A stretch of 63,889 bases of DNA, filler included, from Bilabrum cf. latius (GCA_965178125.1; 3 parts of 3 records of this genome joined end to end with filler, not necessarily neighbours in it), one strand, 5' to 3'. Counted from the first letter of the whole stretch, positions 38,532 to 48,992 are shown. The notes: a model not told the origin generated them from the sequence alone. Numbers and translations are program-made.

Positions 38532-39146
38532 CCCATGATATGGCCCTAGGCCGTCCCAAAACAGTTTGAATCATCTTCATACCTATTCTAGTTGCTGAGA
38601 TCGCAGAGGGCACATTTTCGGCATGTAAATCTTCATCAGCCAGTATCGTCGCCGCGCGGTCAAAACGGAACCTGGGGAACACTTGCCCCATGATATGGCC
38701 CTAGGCCGTCCCAAAACAGTTTGAATCATCTTCATACCTATTCTAGTTGCTGAGATCGCAGAGGGCACATTTTCGGCATGTAAATCTTCATCAGCCAGTA
38801 TCGTCGCCGCACGGTCAAAACGGAACCTGGGGAACATTTGCCCCATGATATGGCCCTAGGCCATCCCAAAACAGTTTGAATCATCTTCATACCTATTCTA
38901 GTTGCTGAGATCGCAGAGGGCACATTTTCGGCATGTAAATCTTCATCAGCCAGTATCGTCGCCGCGCGGTCAAAACGGAACCTGGGGAACATTTGCCCCA
39001 TGATATGGCCCTAGGCCATCCCAAAACAGTTTGAATCATCTTCATACCTATTCTAGTTGCTGAGATCGCAGAGGGCACATTTTCGACAAAAAAATGAAGA
39101 TGAAAATATTTTTTCCCCGACCCTGTCCCTGACTTTATATTAGATA
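38532..39146 (+). mobile_element. Telomeric cassette D (~3.6 x 155-bp satellite D, terminus)
   Basis: Most diverged satellite variant; starts mid-unit; terminus 39084-39146. Confidence 0.7.
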
Positions 39147-39350
39147 CCCTAACCCTAACCCTAACCCTAACCCTAACCCTAACCCTAACCCTAACCCTAA
39201 CCCTAACCCTAACCCTAACCCTAACCCTAACCCTAACCCTAACCCTAACCCTAACCCTAACCCTAACCCTAACCCTAACCCTAACCCTAACCCTAACCCT
39301 AACCCTAACCCTAACCCTAAACCTAACCCCTAACCCTTAACCTAACCTAA

Positions 39351-39425
39351 ATATATATAATGTGCGGCGGTTTATTTTTTGGTCAAAAAAAGGGCGTGCC
39401 CCGATCCTAACATGACCCCCAGATA
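39351..39425 (+). mobile_element. Short telomeric insert with a diverged (type 2) terminus
   Basis: ccccgatcctaacatgacccccagata|ccctaa resembles ccccgaccctgtccctgactttatattagata|ccctaa. Confidence 0.5.
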
Positions 39426-39478
39426 CCCTAACCCTAACCCTAACCCTAACCCTAACCCTAACCCTAACCCTAACCTAA

Positions 39479-42220
39479 GAGTGGGCATGGCACTGTGCGG
39501 GGGACCTGTTGGGCGAGCGGCGGATGGTGGGGAGAGTGGGCATGGCACTGTGCGGGGGACCTGTTGGGCGAGCGGCGGATGGTGGGGAGAGTGGGCATGG
39601 CACTGTGCGGGGGACCTGTTGGGCGAGCGGCGGATGGTAGGGAGAGTGGGCATGGCACTGTGCGGGGGACCTGTTGGGCGAGCGGCGGATGGTAGGGAGA
39701 GTGGGCATGGCACTGTGCGGGGGACCTGTTGGGCGAGCGACGGAGGGTGTGGAGAGTGGGCATGGCACTGTGCGGGGGACCTGTTGGGCGAGCGGCGGAT
39801 GGTGGGGAGAGTGGGCATGGCACTGTGCGGGGGACCTGTTGGGCGAGCGGCGGATGGTGTGGAGAGTGGGCATGGCACTGTGCGGGGGACCTGTTGGGCG
39901 AGCGGCGGATGGTGGGGAGAGTGGGCATGGCACTGTGCGGGGGACCTGTTGGGCGAGCGGCGGATGGTAGGGAGAGTGGGCATGGCACTGTGCGGGGGAC
40001 CTGTTGGGCGAGCGGCGGATGGTGTGGAGAGTGGGCATGGTACTGTGCGGGGGACCTGTTGGGCGAGCGGCGGATGGTAGGGAGAGTGGGCATGGCACTG
40101 TGCGGGGGACCTGTTGGGCGAGCGGCGGATGGTGGGGAGAGTGGGCATGGCACTGTGCGGGGGACCTGTTGGGCGAGCGGCGGATGGTAGGGAGAGTGGG
40201 CATGGCACTGTGCGGGGGACCTGTTGGGCGAGCGGCGGAGGGTGTGGAGAGTGGGCATGGCACTGTGCGGGGGACCTGTTGGGCGAGCGGCGGATGGTAG
40301 GGAGAGTGGGCATGGCACTGTGCGGGGGACCTGTTGGGCGAGCGGCGGATGGTGGGGAGAGTGGGCATGGCACTGTGCGGGGGACCTGTTGGGCGAGCGG
40401 CGGAGGGTGTGGAGAGTGGGCATGGCACTGTGCGGGGGACCTGTTGGGCGAGCGGCGGATGGTAGGGAGAGTGGGCATGGCACTGTGCGGGGGACCTGTT
40501 GGGCGAGCGGCGGATGGTGGGGAGAGTGGGCATGGCACTGTGCGGGGGACCTGTTGGGCGAGCGGCGGATGGTGGGGAGAGTGGGCATGGCACTGTGCGG
40601 GGGACCTGTTGGGCGAGCGGCGGATGGTAGGGAGAGTGGGCATGGCACTGTGCGGGGGACCTGTTGGGCGAGCGGCGGATGGTGGGGAGAGTGGGCATGG
40701 CACTGTGCGGGGGACCTGTTGGGCGAGCGGCGGATGGTAGGGAGAGTGGGCATGGCACTGTGCGGGGGACCTGTTGGGCGAGCGACGGAGGGTGTGGAGA
40801 GTGGGCATGGCACTGTGCGGGGGACCTGTTGGGCGAGCGGCGGATGGTGTGGAGAGTGGGCATGGCACTGTGCGGGGGACCTGTTGGGCGAGCGGCGGAT
40901 GGTGGGGAGAGTGGGCATGGCACTGTGCGGGGGACCTGTTGGGCGAGCGGCGGATGGTGGGGAGAGTGGGCATGGCACTGTGCGGGGGACCTGTTGGGCG
41001 AGCGGCGGATGGTAGGGAGAGTGGGCATGGCACTGTGCGGGGGACCTGTTGGGCGAGCGGCGGATGGTGGGGAGAGTGGGCATGGCACTGTGCGGGGGAC
41101 CTGTTGGGCGAGCGGCGGATGGTAGGGAGAGTGGGCATGGCACTGTGCGGGGGACCTGTTGGGCGAGCGACGGAGGGTGTGGAGAGTGGGCATGGCACTG
41201 TGCGGGGGACCTGTTGGGCGAGCGGCGGATGGTGGGGAGAGTGGGCATGGCACTGTGCGGGGGACCTGTTGGGCGAGCGGCGGATGGTGGGGAGAGTGGG
41301 CATGGCACTGTGCGGGGGACCTGTTGGGCGAGCGGCGGATGGTGGGGAGAGTGGGCATGGCACTGTGCGGGGGACCTGTTGGGCGAGCGGCGGATGGTAG
41401 GGAGAGTGGGCATGGCACTGTGCGGGGGACCTGTTGGGCGAGCGGCGGATGGTGTGGAGAGTGGGCATGGCACTGTGCGGGGGACCTGTTGGGCGAGCGG
41501 CGGATGGTAGGGAGAGTGGGCATGGCACTGTGCGGGGGACCTGTTGGGCGAGCGGCGGATGGTGGGGAGAGTGGGCATGGCACTGTGCGGGGGACCTGTT
41601 GGGCGAGCGGCGGATGGTAGGGAGAGTGGGCATAGCACTGTGCGGGGGACCTGTTGGGCGAGCGGCGGAGGGTGTGGAGAGTGGGCATAGCACTGTGCGG
41701 GGGACCTGTTGGGCGAGCGGCGGATGGTAGGGAGAGTGGGCATGGCACTGTGCGGGGGACCTGTTGGGCGAGCGGCGGATGGTGGGGAGAGTGGGCATGG
41801 CACTGTGCGGGGGACCTGTTGGGCGAGCGGCGGAGGGTGTGGAGAGTGGGCATGGCACTGTGCGGGGGACCTGTTGGGCGAGCGGCGGATGGTGGGGAGA
41901 GTGGGCATGGCACTGTGCGGGGGACCTGTTGGGCGAGCGGCGGATGGTAGGGAGAGTGGGCATGGCACTGTGCGGGGGACCTGTTGGGCGAGCGGCGGAT
42001 GGTGGGGAGAGTGGGCATGGCACTGTGCGGGGGACCTGTTGGGCGAGCGGCGGATGGTAGGGAGAGTGGGCATGGCACTGTGCGGGGGACCTGTTGGGCG
42101 AGCGGCGGATGGTGGGGAGAGTGGGCATGGCACTGTGCGGGGGACCTGTTGGGCGAGCGGCGGATGGTAGGGAGAGTGGGCATGGCACTGTGCGGGGGAC
42201 CTGTTGGGCGAGCTGCGGAT
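39479..42220 (+). repeat. Subtelomeric 55-bp G-rich satellite, ~50 copies
   Basis: Unit gagtgggcatggcactgtgcgggggacctgttgggcgagcggcggatggt[gg/ag/gt]gga. Confidence 0.98.
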
Positions 42221-42387
42221 CCGGATGAGTTGGGCAGCACTGGGAAGAAGCCTCACCTGGATGGTCCGAAGCCAAGGGGATCATGTCATTCAATCCGTAA
42301 CAGAAGTGGGACACATGGATCACTTCGGTTCATGGAGCTGTTCAAATTTTTTGCTTTGCTTCAGTCAAGGCAGCAGAATTTTCTGGC

Positions 42388-44302
42388 TCAGAAGTGGATC
42401 GGGCTCGAGTATGCCGCCATGGCTGCCTCCTTGAAGGCCTCGCTCAATGTCGGATGCGCATGGCACGTCCGCGCAATGTCCTCGGCCGATGCACCGTACT
42501 CCATCCCCAGCACACCCTCGGCCACCATCTCGCCTGCATTGGGACCCACGATGTGCACACCCAGGATCCTATCCGTAGCCTTGTCGGTGAGGATCTTCAC
42601 AAGCCCGTCGGTCTCAAGCACGGCGCGTGCCCTGCTGTTGGCCTGGAAGGGGAAGGTCCCGCTCCTGAACTCGATGCCCTCCTCCTTGAGCTCCTCCTCG
42701 GTCTTGCCCACGCAAGCCACCTCGGGGTACGTGTAGATCACGTTAGGGATGGCGTCGTAATTCACGTGTCCGGCCAGCCCTGCGATGTTCTCCACTGCGG
42801 CGATGCCCTCCTCCTCCGCCTTGTGGGCCAGCATGGGCCCCTCCACTACGTCTCCGATGGCCCACACCCCCGGCACGTTGGTGCGGAACTCGTGGTCGAT
42901 CTCCACGCGGCCCATCTTATCCGTCTTAACGCCCACGTCCTCTAGCCCCAGGCCCTGGGTGAAGGGGCGGCGCCCCGTGGACACGAGTACGTGCGAGCAC
43001 TCGAGTGTCTTGGCCTCCCCGCCCGCGCTGGGCTCCACCGTGAGGGTGACTCCGTTCTCGCCCACCTCCGAGGCAGTCACCTTGGTCTTGAGGTTGAACT
43101 TCATTCCCTGCTTCTTAAGGATCTGCTGGAACTTCTTGCCCAGTTCCCCGTCCAGAGAGGGGACGATCCGGTCCAGAAACTCAACCACGGTCACCTTGGC
43201 TCCCAATCGGCGCCACACGGAGCCCATCTCGAGCCCGATCACGCCGCCGCCCACCACCACCAGATGCTCGGGCACCTCTGACAGCTCAAGGGCACCCGTG
43301 CTGTCCACGATGCGGCCTGCCTCGTTGTCCACGGGCACTGGGGGAAGCGGGGTCACCTCGGATCCAGTGGCCAGCAGCACGTTCTTGGTCGAGAGGGTCT
43401 GCGAGCCCCCGTCGGTCAGGGCCACTTCCACGGAGTTGGCGCCTGCTAGCTTGCCGAATCCCTTCACATAGTCCACCTTGTTCTTCTTGCAGAGGAACTC
43501 GATACCAGAGGTGAGCCCCTCCACGGTCTTGAGCTTGGAGGCCATCATAGCGTCCAGGTCCACGCTCACGTCGTTCACGATCACGCCGTGGTCTTTGAAA
43601 CCATGCGTGGCGTGCTCGTACAAGTGGCTCGAGTGCAGCAGGGCCTTAGAAGGAATGCACCCGACATTCAAGCAAGTTCCACCGAGTCTGCCGCGCGACT
43701 CGACCACTGCAGTCTTGAGCCCAAGCTGTCCTGCCTTGATAGCGGCCACGTACCCGCCTGGGCCCCCACCTACCACCACAACGTCGTACTGACCTGCAAC
43801 ACAATGATATGAGAAATAGCTGATCTGGCATGTGGGTTCGAAACAGCAAGTACGTAGCTCTCGATCCCAGTGTATACGCCGCATCTTCCCCGGTGGTTGC
43901 ATTGATGCTGTGAGCTTGGAGCACGCAATGCAGCGCAAATAACACGCAATTCTCAACAAGCGCAATGATGAAGAAGCCACTTACCGTCAGAAGCAGCTGC
44001 GGCAGCAGACATGGCTCTCGTCGAACTAGAGATGCGCATGCCGCGGGCGATCGCCGATACCTGCATCGTGCAGACACACCAGGGTGAAAGGCAAGCAAGT
44101 ATACTTAATCACACATAAAACACGATATAAGCCTGCAGCATCACTTCTGACCACGTTCCGAAGGAGGTGACCAAGGGCGTGATCAAGGTTCTTCCATTCG
44201 CAAATTCGCTCAAGTTCAACAGAGAACGGGTGGTTGCTGGGCACTACGCACGCAATATCTCACAGCAGACAAGCGACTAGCACGAGTGGCTACTGCAAAC
44301 AT
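42388..44302 (-). CDS. DLD: Dihydrolipoamide dehydrogenase (E3), mitochondrial precursor
   Basis: YDVVVVGGGPGGYVAA FAD motif, GGTCLNVGCIPSK redox disulfide, GGGVIGLE NAD motif and HAHPTLSE. Exons 44302-44264, 44060-43985 and 43793-42388 with GT-AG introns give an Arg/Ser/Ala-rich presequence (MFAVATRASRLSAVSAIARGMR...). Stop TGA. Confidence 0.97.
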
Positions 44303-44473
44303 GTTTGCAGGCAAGGGAGCTCAGTATATACGCCACGCCACTCCTCTGCATAAACCAGAGTTTCTGCAAGTTGCAGCTCGTTACAATATAGGCAACGGAT
44401 CGACCTTTTCAACACAAGCACATATTGGTTTCGTTGAGACTTTTCATCTACATCGCTGTGAGTTGCACTAAGA

Positions 44474-45099
44474 ATGGCTGCATCATCTGGTGTAGCAGCG
44501 GGTGGGGCTATTGATGATGCCTTCGAGGATGATTTCGACGTGGACGGTGCTGGTGTGAAAGTTGAACCAACGTACAAAACCAAGCCGGACGAGGACAAGC
44601 AGTGAGACAATACTCATTTTTGCTTCAGCTTATGCAATTCAGTCCCGACAATCTTGTCCTCCTCGGCTTGTTTCTCGGCCATCTGCAGGTTCATGCCATC
44701 GGTAGCTCGAGAGATTTGTAAGGAGGTAGTATCCAAGGTTCTGGACGGAAAGACTTGGCAAGGGGACGAAGAAACAGTATGGACTAGAGAAATTACCCAA
44801 GAAATTAGGAGGAGAGTGAAGGGAGAGATGGACTTACCGCGTTACAAGGTGGTCGTCCAGGTAGCATTGGGGGAGGTCAGATCTCAGTCCGTAAGGGTTG
44901 CAAGCAGGTGCTTGTGGGATGCTGAGGTAGACAACTATTCATCATATTCTTGGCATAACGTGAGTGCTCCAAGTTTTCGCGGTTTGGCATAAGGTGAGGA
45001 TTCAAAAGCACATCGCAACTCGTATCCCTGCCTTCCGGTCTAGTATCGCAGGATAGCTTGTGGTGTAGTGCGATGGTGTTTGCTTTGTACACTGAGTGA
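44474..45099 (+). CDS. Tctex1-domain dynein light chain (TCTEX1D-like)
   Basis: Exons 44474-44601, 44689-44959 and 45052-45099 with GTGAG...GCAG introns; motifs EPTY, LPRYKVVVQV, VRVASRCLWD..DNYSS, SLWCSAMVFALYTE. Stop TGA. Confidence 0.92.
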
Positions 45100-45370
45100 T
45101 TAATTTATAATTAGTTTCATTTGGTAGCTAGCGAAATCTGTGCGTTACGCGACACGCGTACTCGTGTGTAAGGGTATCCCATCTCGGATGGCTGACAGTG
45201 TCTGATCGCCGCATGCTTGGGTCGCTACGGCATCTAAGATCCAATACTACGGGCGCATACAGCTAGCTACACAAACGTGTGTTCGCTTGCAACTGCCACA
45301 AGATGTACCCCAATCCGGATTCGACTCTCGCTGAATTTCAAGACGCAGCAGCGCCCCCACCAGAAGCCCC

Positions 45371-47269
45371 TCACGTGCAAGCAGTGGCCCCCGCGCCGCG
45401 CAACACTGCCCACCCTGTCCCCATCGGAGGCACAGCGATCGACACGCTTCCATCTGGCCCCGGGGCCACGCTGGAAGGCACCCACGGGGGCAGCTCGTCG
45501 TTGGGGCCCAGCTGCAGTGGCTTGCCGTTCAGCTCTACCACGGGGCTGTACAGGTCCCCTCCCGACGGAGAGAGGGCGTACAGGTCCGCACTCGTCACAT
45601 CAGCACCAGCCCTCACGGTCAGGCGGATCGTGTCCAGAGTGGAGGCAGAGGCCCAGAACACCACCACATCGCCCGGGCCCGCACTCATGACACCATCTCC
45701 GCCAGCAGCGGCGCAGTGCGCGTAGGCCCTGAAGGTGCCGTTCAGGGGACCTCCTTGGAGCTGCGCCCCTCCGTCAGTGGTGGTGGCATGCAGCACGTTT
45801 GGCCCCACTAGTCGGTTGTAACCGAATCCGACCCAGTAGTCGGGAAACGGCTCGAAATTGCTCGTGTTGAGGAGCTCGTAGTGTCCCCCCACCAGCGTCT
45901 GTCGGTTGAAACCCACGACTCCCACTTTGGCCAACACCCCCAGAGCATCCAGGTAGTAGATGGAGGATGCGTAAGTGTTCGTCACACCGTCGATGCCGCC
46001 CCCGTTGTGGGGCCCGCCCTCGCCCAGCACGACTGGCCGAGGGGAAGGCAGGCCGACGGCGGTGTCGATCTCTTGGACCCACCCGACCAAGTCCACGGCC
46101 TGTTGTAGCGTGTTGTTTAGGAGCATGGGCCAGGTGGGTGGGTCGTTGTAGGAGTGAAACACTACGACGTCGATGGTTCCATCTCTGGCGGTGCGGTTCA
46201 GCGCAGGGAACCAGAAGTACGGCGCGTGGTCGAACGAGGGCTGCCCCGGGCACGGTCCGTAAGAGCCGGGCACGCCGGTCCGATCAGATTTAAACGCCTG
46301 ATCACGCACCTGCTTGAAGACGTCAAATGACTCCATGTAGCTCTCAAAGTCGCTGTCGTAGCTGCGTGGGTCAATCTCTTCACCAAGCTCGATCCCGTTC
46401 AAGACGCTAGCCTGCGTAGCGTTCTTGCCCACGTGCTCAAGAAAAGCCTGCGGGTTCGTCTTGTTCCACACCAGCTTTGTGCCGGATACCACAGGGTACG
46501 AGAGGCCCCACGTCAGGCTGGAGCCGGTGTATCGCATGAAATCGACAAACTCGGCCCAGCGCGTCATGTTGAGACAGAGACCGTTCCCTCCCTGCTCTCC
46601 GCATTGAGCAGGTGTCATATCCCCTACCAAGTACTTCACAGACTTGTCCAGCCCGCCACCGACACGAATGGTGCCGGGGCGAAGCGCCCTTGTCAGCTTG
46701 CGCAGGCGGGCATCTTGGAGGTCGATGTTCAGCAGGCCAGCGTTGCCCCAGCCGCCAGACGCCCCTCCACCCGGCGGCCACCAGTCCAATGTAACTCCCA
46801 TATACGTCGGTGGCAGCGTTCGGACTGGATCCGCGTCAGTTTTGATGTTCATCGCGACAGGAACGCTAGTTGGCAGAGGCGAAGGAGACGGACTGGGGGG
46901 CGGGGAATGGCCGCATCCCCCGCTCACTCGATTGGGTTCGCAATGATCAGGGTCATGCTACTAGTTGTCCTTGAGCCAGCAATTGTATGGGTCATCTGTC
47001 TCGATAGAAGCTGGAGGCGCCCATGTCCATGCGACGCAGCCTTGCGCACCTTTGCAATGGGTGCAGCAGTTCTCTGGAGTGTCCACGTTTGCGAGCTTTC
47101 CAAACTGATGTCCAGTGCCAATACACGTTGCTTTTTTCATGGCAGTGCAGGAGCAATCGCGGGTGGTGGGCGGGAACGATTGGGATCCAAGCGCTGACGT
47201 CGCCTGTTGCACGCAATTCATGGCTGCAAGCGACACAAAGCAAGAAAACGTGGCCGAAGCTACTTTCAT
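45371..47269 (-). CDS. Secreted PAN/apple + glycoside hydrolase family 79 (heparanase/beta-glucuronidase-like) protein with two in-frame TAG codons
   Basis: N-terminal hydrophobic leader; PAN motif CCTHC...CVAWTW...CWLK...NRVSG; Pro/Ser linker; GH79 motifs IRVGGG, ELGEE, LGEGG, YLDALG, RQTLVGGHYELL, PDYW. The two ORF-track segments share one frame across TAG TAG at 46963-46958. Stop TGA. Confidence 0.85.
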
Positions 47270-47689
47270 TGCGATTTTTCTTGTCCGGTAGAGGTTCTCC
47301 TACTAAGAAATGAAAGTACGCACTTGTCGGAATGAAAGGCGGATCGGATCGATCCGTCATCAGGGCGAGGTGCCTCATGATGGCCGGACTCGACCGGAGC
47401 AAATCGCCGCCGACCGGATCAGATGGATCGCTGAAGTGTGACGGCAGCGCACCATCCGGGCTGAAGCACGAGCACGTATCACCTGGGGGGCCATCTGTGC
47501 GAGATGATTGCCTGCGATCTTCGTCTACTTCTCTCGCAGCGGTGCCAACCGCGCGCACAGTCTCCATCCTGTCGGTCTTCACCATTATTCTGATACACCT
47601 TTCGTCCTCAAATTTTCCTCCTCCTCACCGACTTTAAGGCAGTCTAGCTCTGCCATGATGGCCTGCTAGCAGTGCATCATCACGTTGGA

Positions 47690-48577
47690 TCACAGGAGCA
47701 CTGCCTCCCGGTTGGCAAGCACGACATCCTTGGTCAGCATAGTTAGGTCGTTCCGGGTCAGGCTGCGGCTGCGTTGCAGCTCATCTAACCACTTGCACGG
47801 GTATTCCTTACTCAGCGTCACAGTACCGTCGGCCACCACGTACGTCGACAAATCCTCCGGCCTATCAGCCGGGGTAGCCGGCGAGCCAGGGGCTGCAGCA
47901 TGGGATCCAGAGGAAGCAGCTCCTGCTCCTGCTCCAGGTCTCGAGCCCTAAGACGTGCCCCCCGCCCCGGCCCGCCGCGCCGCAGCTCTGTCCCTGGTCC
48001 TCTGCACGGCCCTGGCCACCTCTCCCTCCAAGTGGTCCGCCCTCGACTCGAGCATCACTCGGGCCACTTGAGGGGCAGGCCGGCGGGTCGAGCACACGGG
48101 GCACCTGATCTTGCTCCACAGATTCATCGCGGTGCACTCGCACACGTAGTGCGTGGGAGCACCCTTCTTGCGAAGGGCCTTGCGGATCTTCTGAGCCTGC
48201 GCATGCTGTGGCTTCCACCGGGATGGGACCTCGGTGTCTTTGAACGACTTGGCCTTGCGACGGGCTGCGCGCCCCCCGCTGGCTGGGCCCGCCAAGGCCG
48301 CAGCCACGGCTGCCTCCTCCGCCGCCAGTGCCTCCTCTGCCCTGAGTCGGGCTTTCACATCGCACTAGGCGCCTCTTTCCAGCTCTTGCTGCAGCGTCTG
48401 GCGATGGACACCGGCCGATTTAGCTGACAATCCGGCATTTCTGGGCAGCGGGCCTCCTCGGGGAAGCACCAACTGGAAGGGGGCGGCCACCGGCGTCAGG
48501 CTGCGGCCCACAAAGTCGTACAGCGCCGCAAGGGTCAGGCGAGGGGAGGATCGGACCGTGACGAGGTCAGGCTGAGA
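47690..48577 (-). CDS. Partial UBX-like + RanBP2-type zinc-finger protein with two in-frame TAG codons
   Basis: One frame from the contig end: LTLAALYDFV...PFQLVLP...LSAKSAGVHRQTLQQE (UBX-like), TAG 48367-48365, YVCECTAMNLWSKIRCPVCSTRRP, TAG 47950-47948, then 85 more codons to TGA. The true 3' end may involve another exon. Confidence 0.6.
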
Positions 48578-48578
48578 C

Positions 48579-48678
48579 NNNNNNNNNNNNNNNNNNNNNN
48601 NNNNNNNNNNNNNNNNNNNNNNTTAATTAATTAANNNNNNNNNNNNNNNNNNNNNNNNNNNNNNNNNNNNNNNNNNNN
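48579..48678. other. Artificial contig spacer
   Basis: N44 + TTAATTAATTAA + N44. Confidence 0.99.
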
Positions 48679-48992
48679 GGGGTCCGTCGGCTGCGGTGGT
48701 GTCGGATACCAGGAGAGAGCGGTCCACGGATTGATGCACGTGGACGTTGCCGCCTCGCGCGTCGCCGGAGTGGCTGAGCTGTCTGGTCGACGAAACGGTG
48801 GCGCCCACGCCGTGCAGGCCGCCACCTGCGCGGGCACATCGGGCAAGAATGCGCCTGCAGGTTCACGTGGCCGAGGTCGGGGAAGCTTCGTCGGGGTCAG
48901 GGATCCCATCGAGGAAGCCGCGTTCGCCGCTGGGATGGTCGTGCTCGAGGTTGACGAAGTCGCGTTCGCCCCTGACATGGTCGTGGTCGAGG

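Larger units (their letters stand above)
24429..39478 (+). repeat. Telomeric (CCCTAA)n region of a left chromosome end, 13 tracts separated by inserts
   Basis: Tracts at 24429-24517, 24559-24834, 26590-26841, 27616-27998, 29754-30005, 30780-30978, 31984-32284, 33290-33590, 34596-34696, 36015-36391, 37927-38531, 39147-39350 and 39426-39478; all on the same strand, starting at the contig end. Confidence 0.98.

Noticed and set aside
24509-39078. Dozens of 60-260-aa ORFs and poly-RV/poly-LG ORFs
   Set aside because: Artefacts of the 155-bp satellite and (TTAGGG)n; no domain content.
24429-39478. CRISPR-like repeat/spacer reading of the telomeric array or of the 9852-10226 array
   Set aside because: Intervening sequences are related to each other rather than unique spacers, the context is eukaryotic, and there are no cas genes.
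39372-42323. 920-980-aa minus-strand ORFs
   Set aside because: The 55-bp satellite lacks stops in all three minus frames; not a gene.
42394-43812. Plus-strand ORFs overlapping DLD, and similar antisense ORFs over GC-rich genes in contigs 1 and 3
   Set aside because: Shadow frames of GC3-rich coding sequence.
43794-43980. N-terminal extension of the 530-aa DLD ORF in the ORF track
   Set aside because: This is intron 2 read in frame; the real N-terminus comes from two upstream exons.
46923-46961. 39-nt GT-AG mini-intron that would remove the TAG TAG in the GH79 gene
   Set aside because: Donor GTAGCA and acceptor GAG do not match the GT[AG]AG/GCAG sites of this contig, and splicing would delete the NRVS part of the PAN motif. 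Disfavoured, but only RNA-seq can exclude it.
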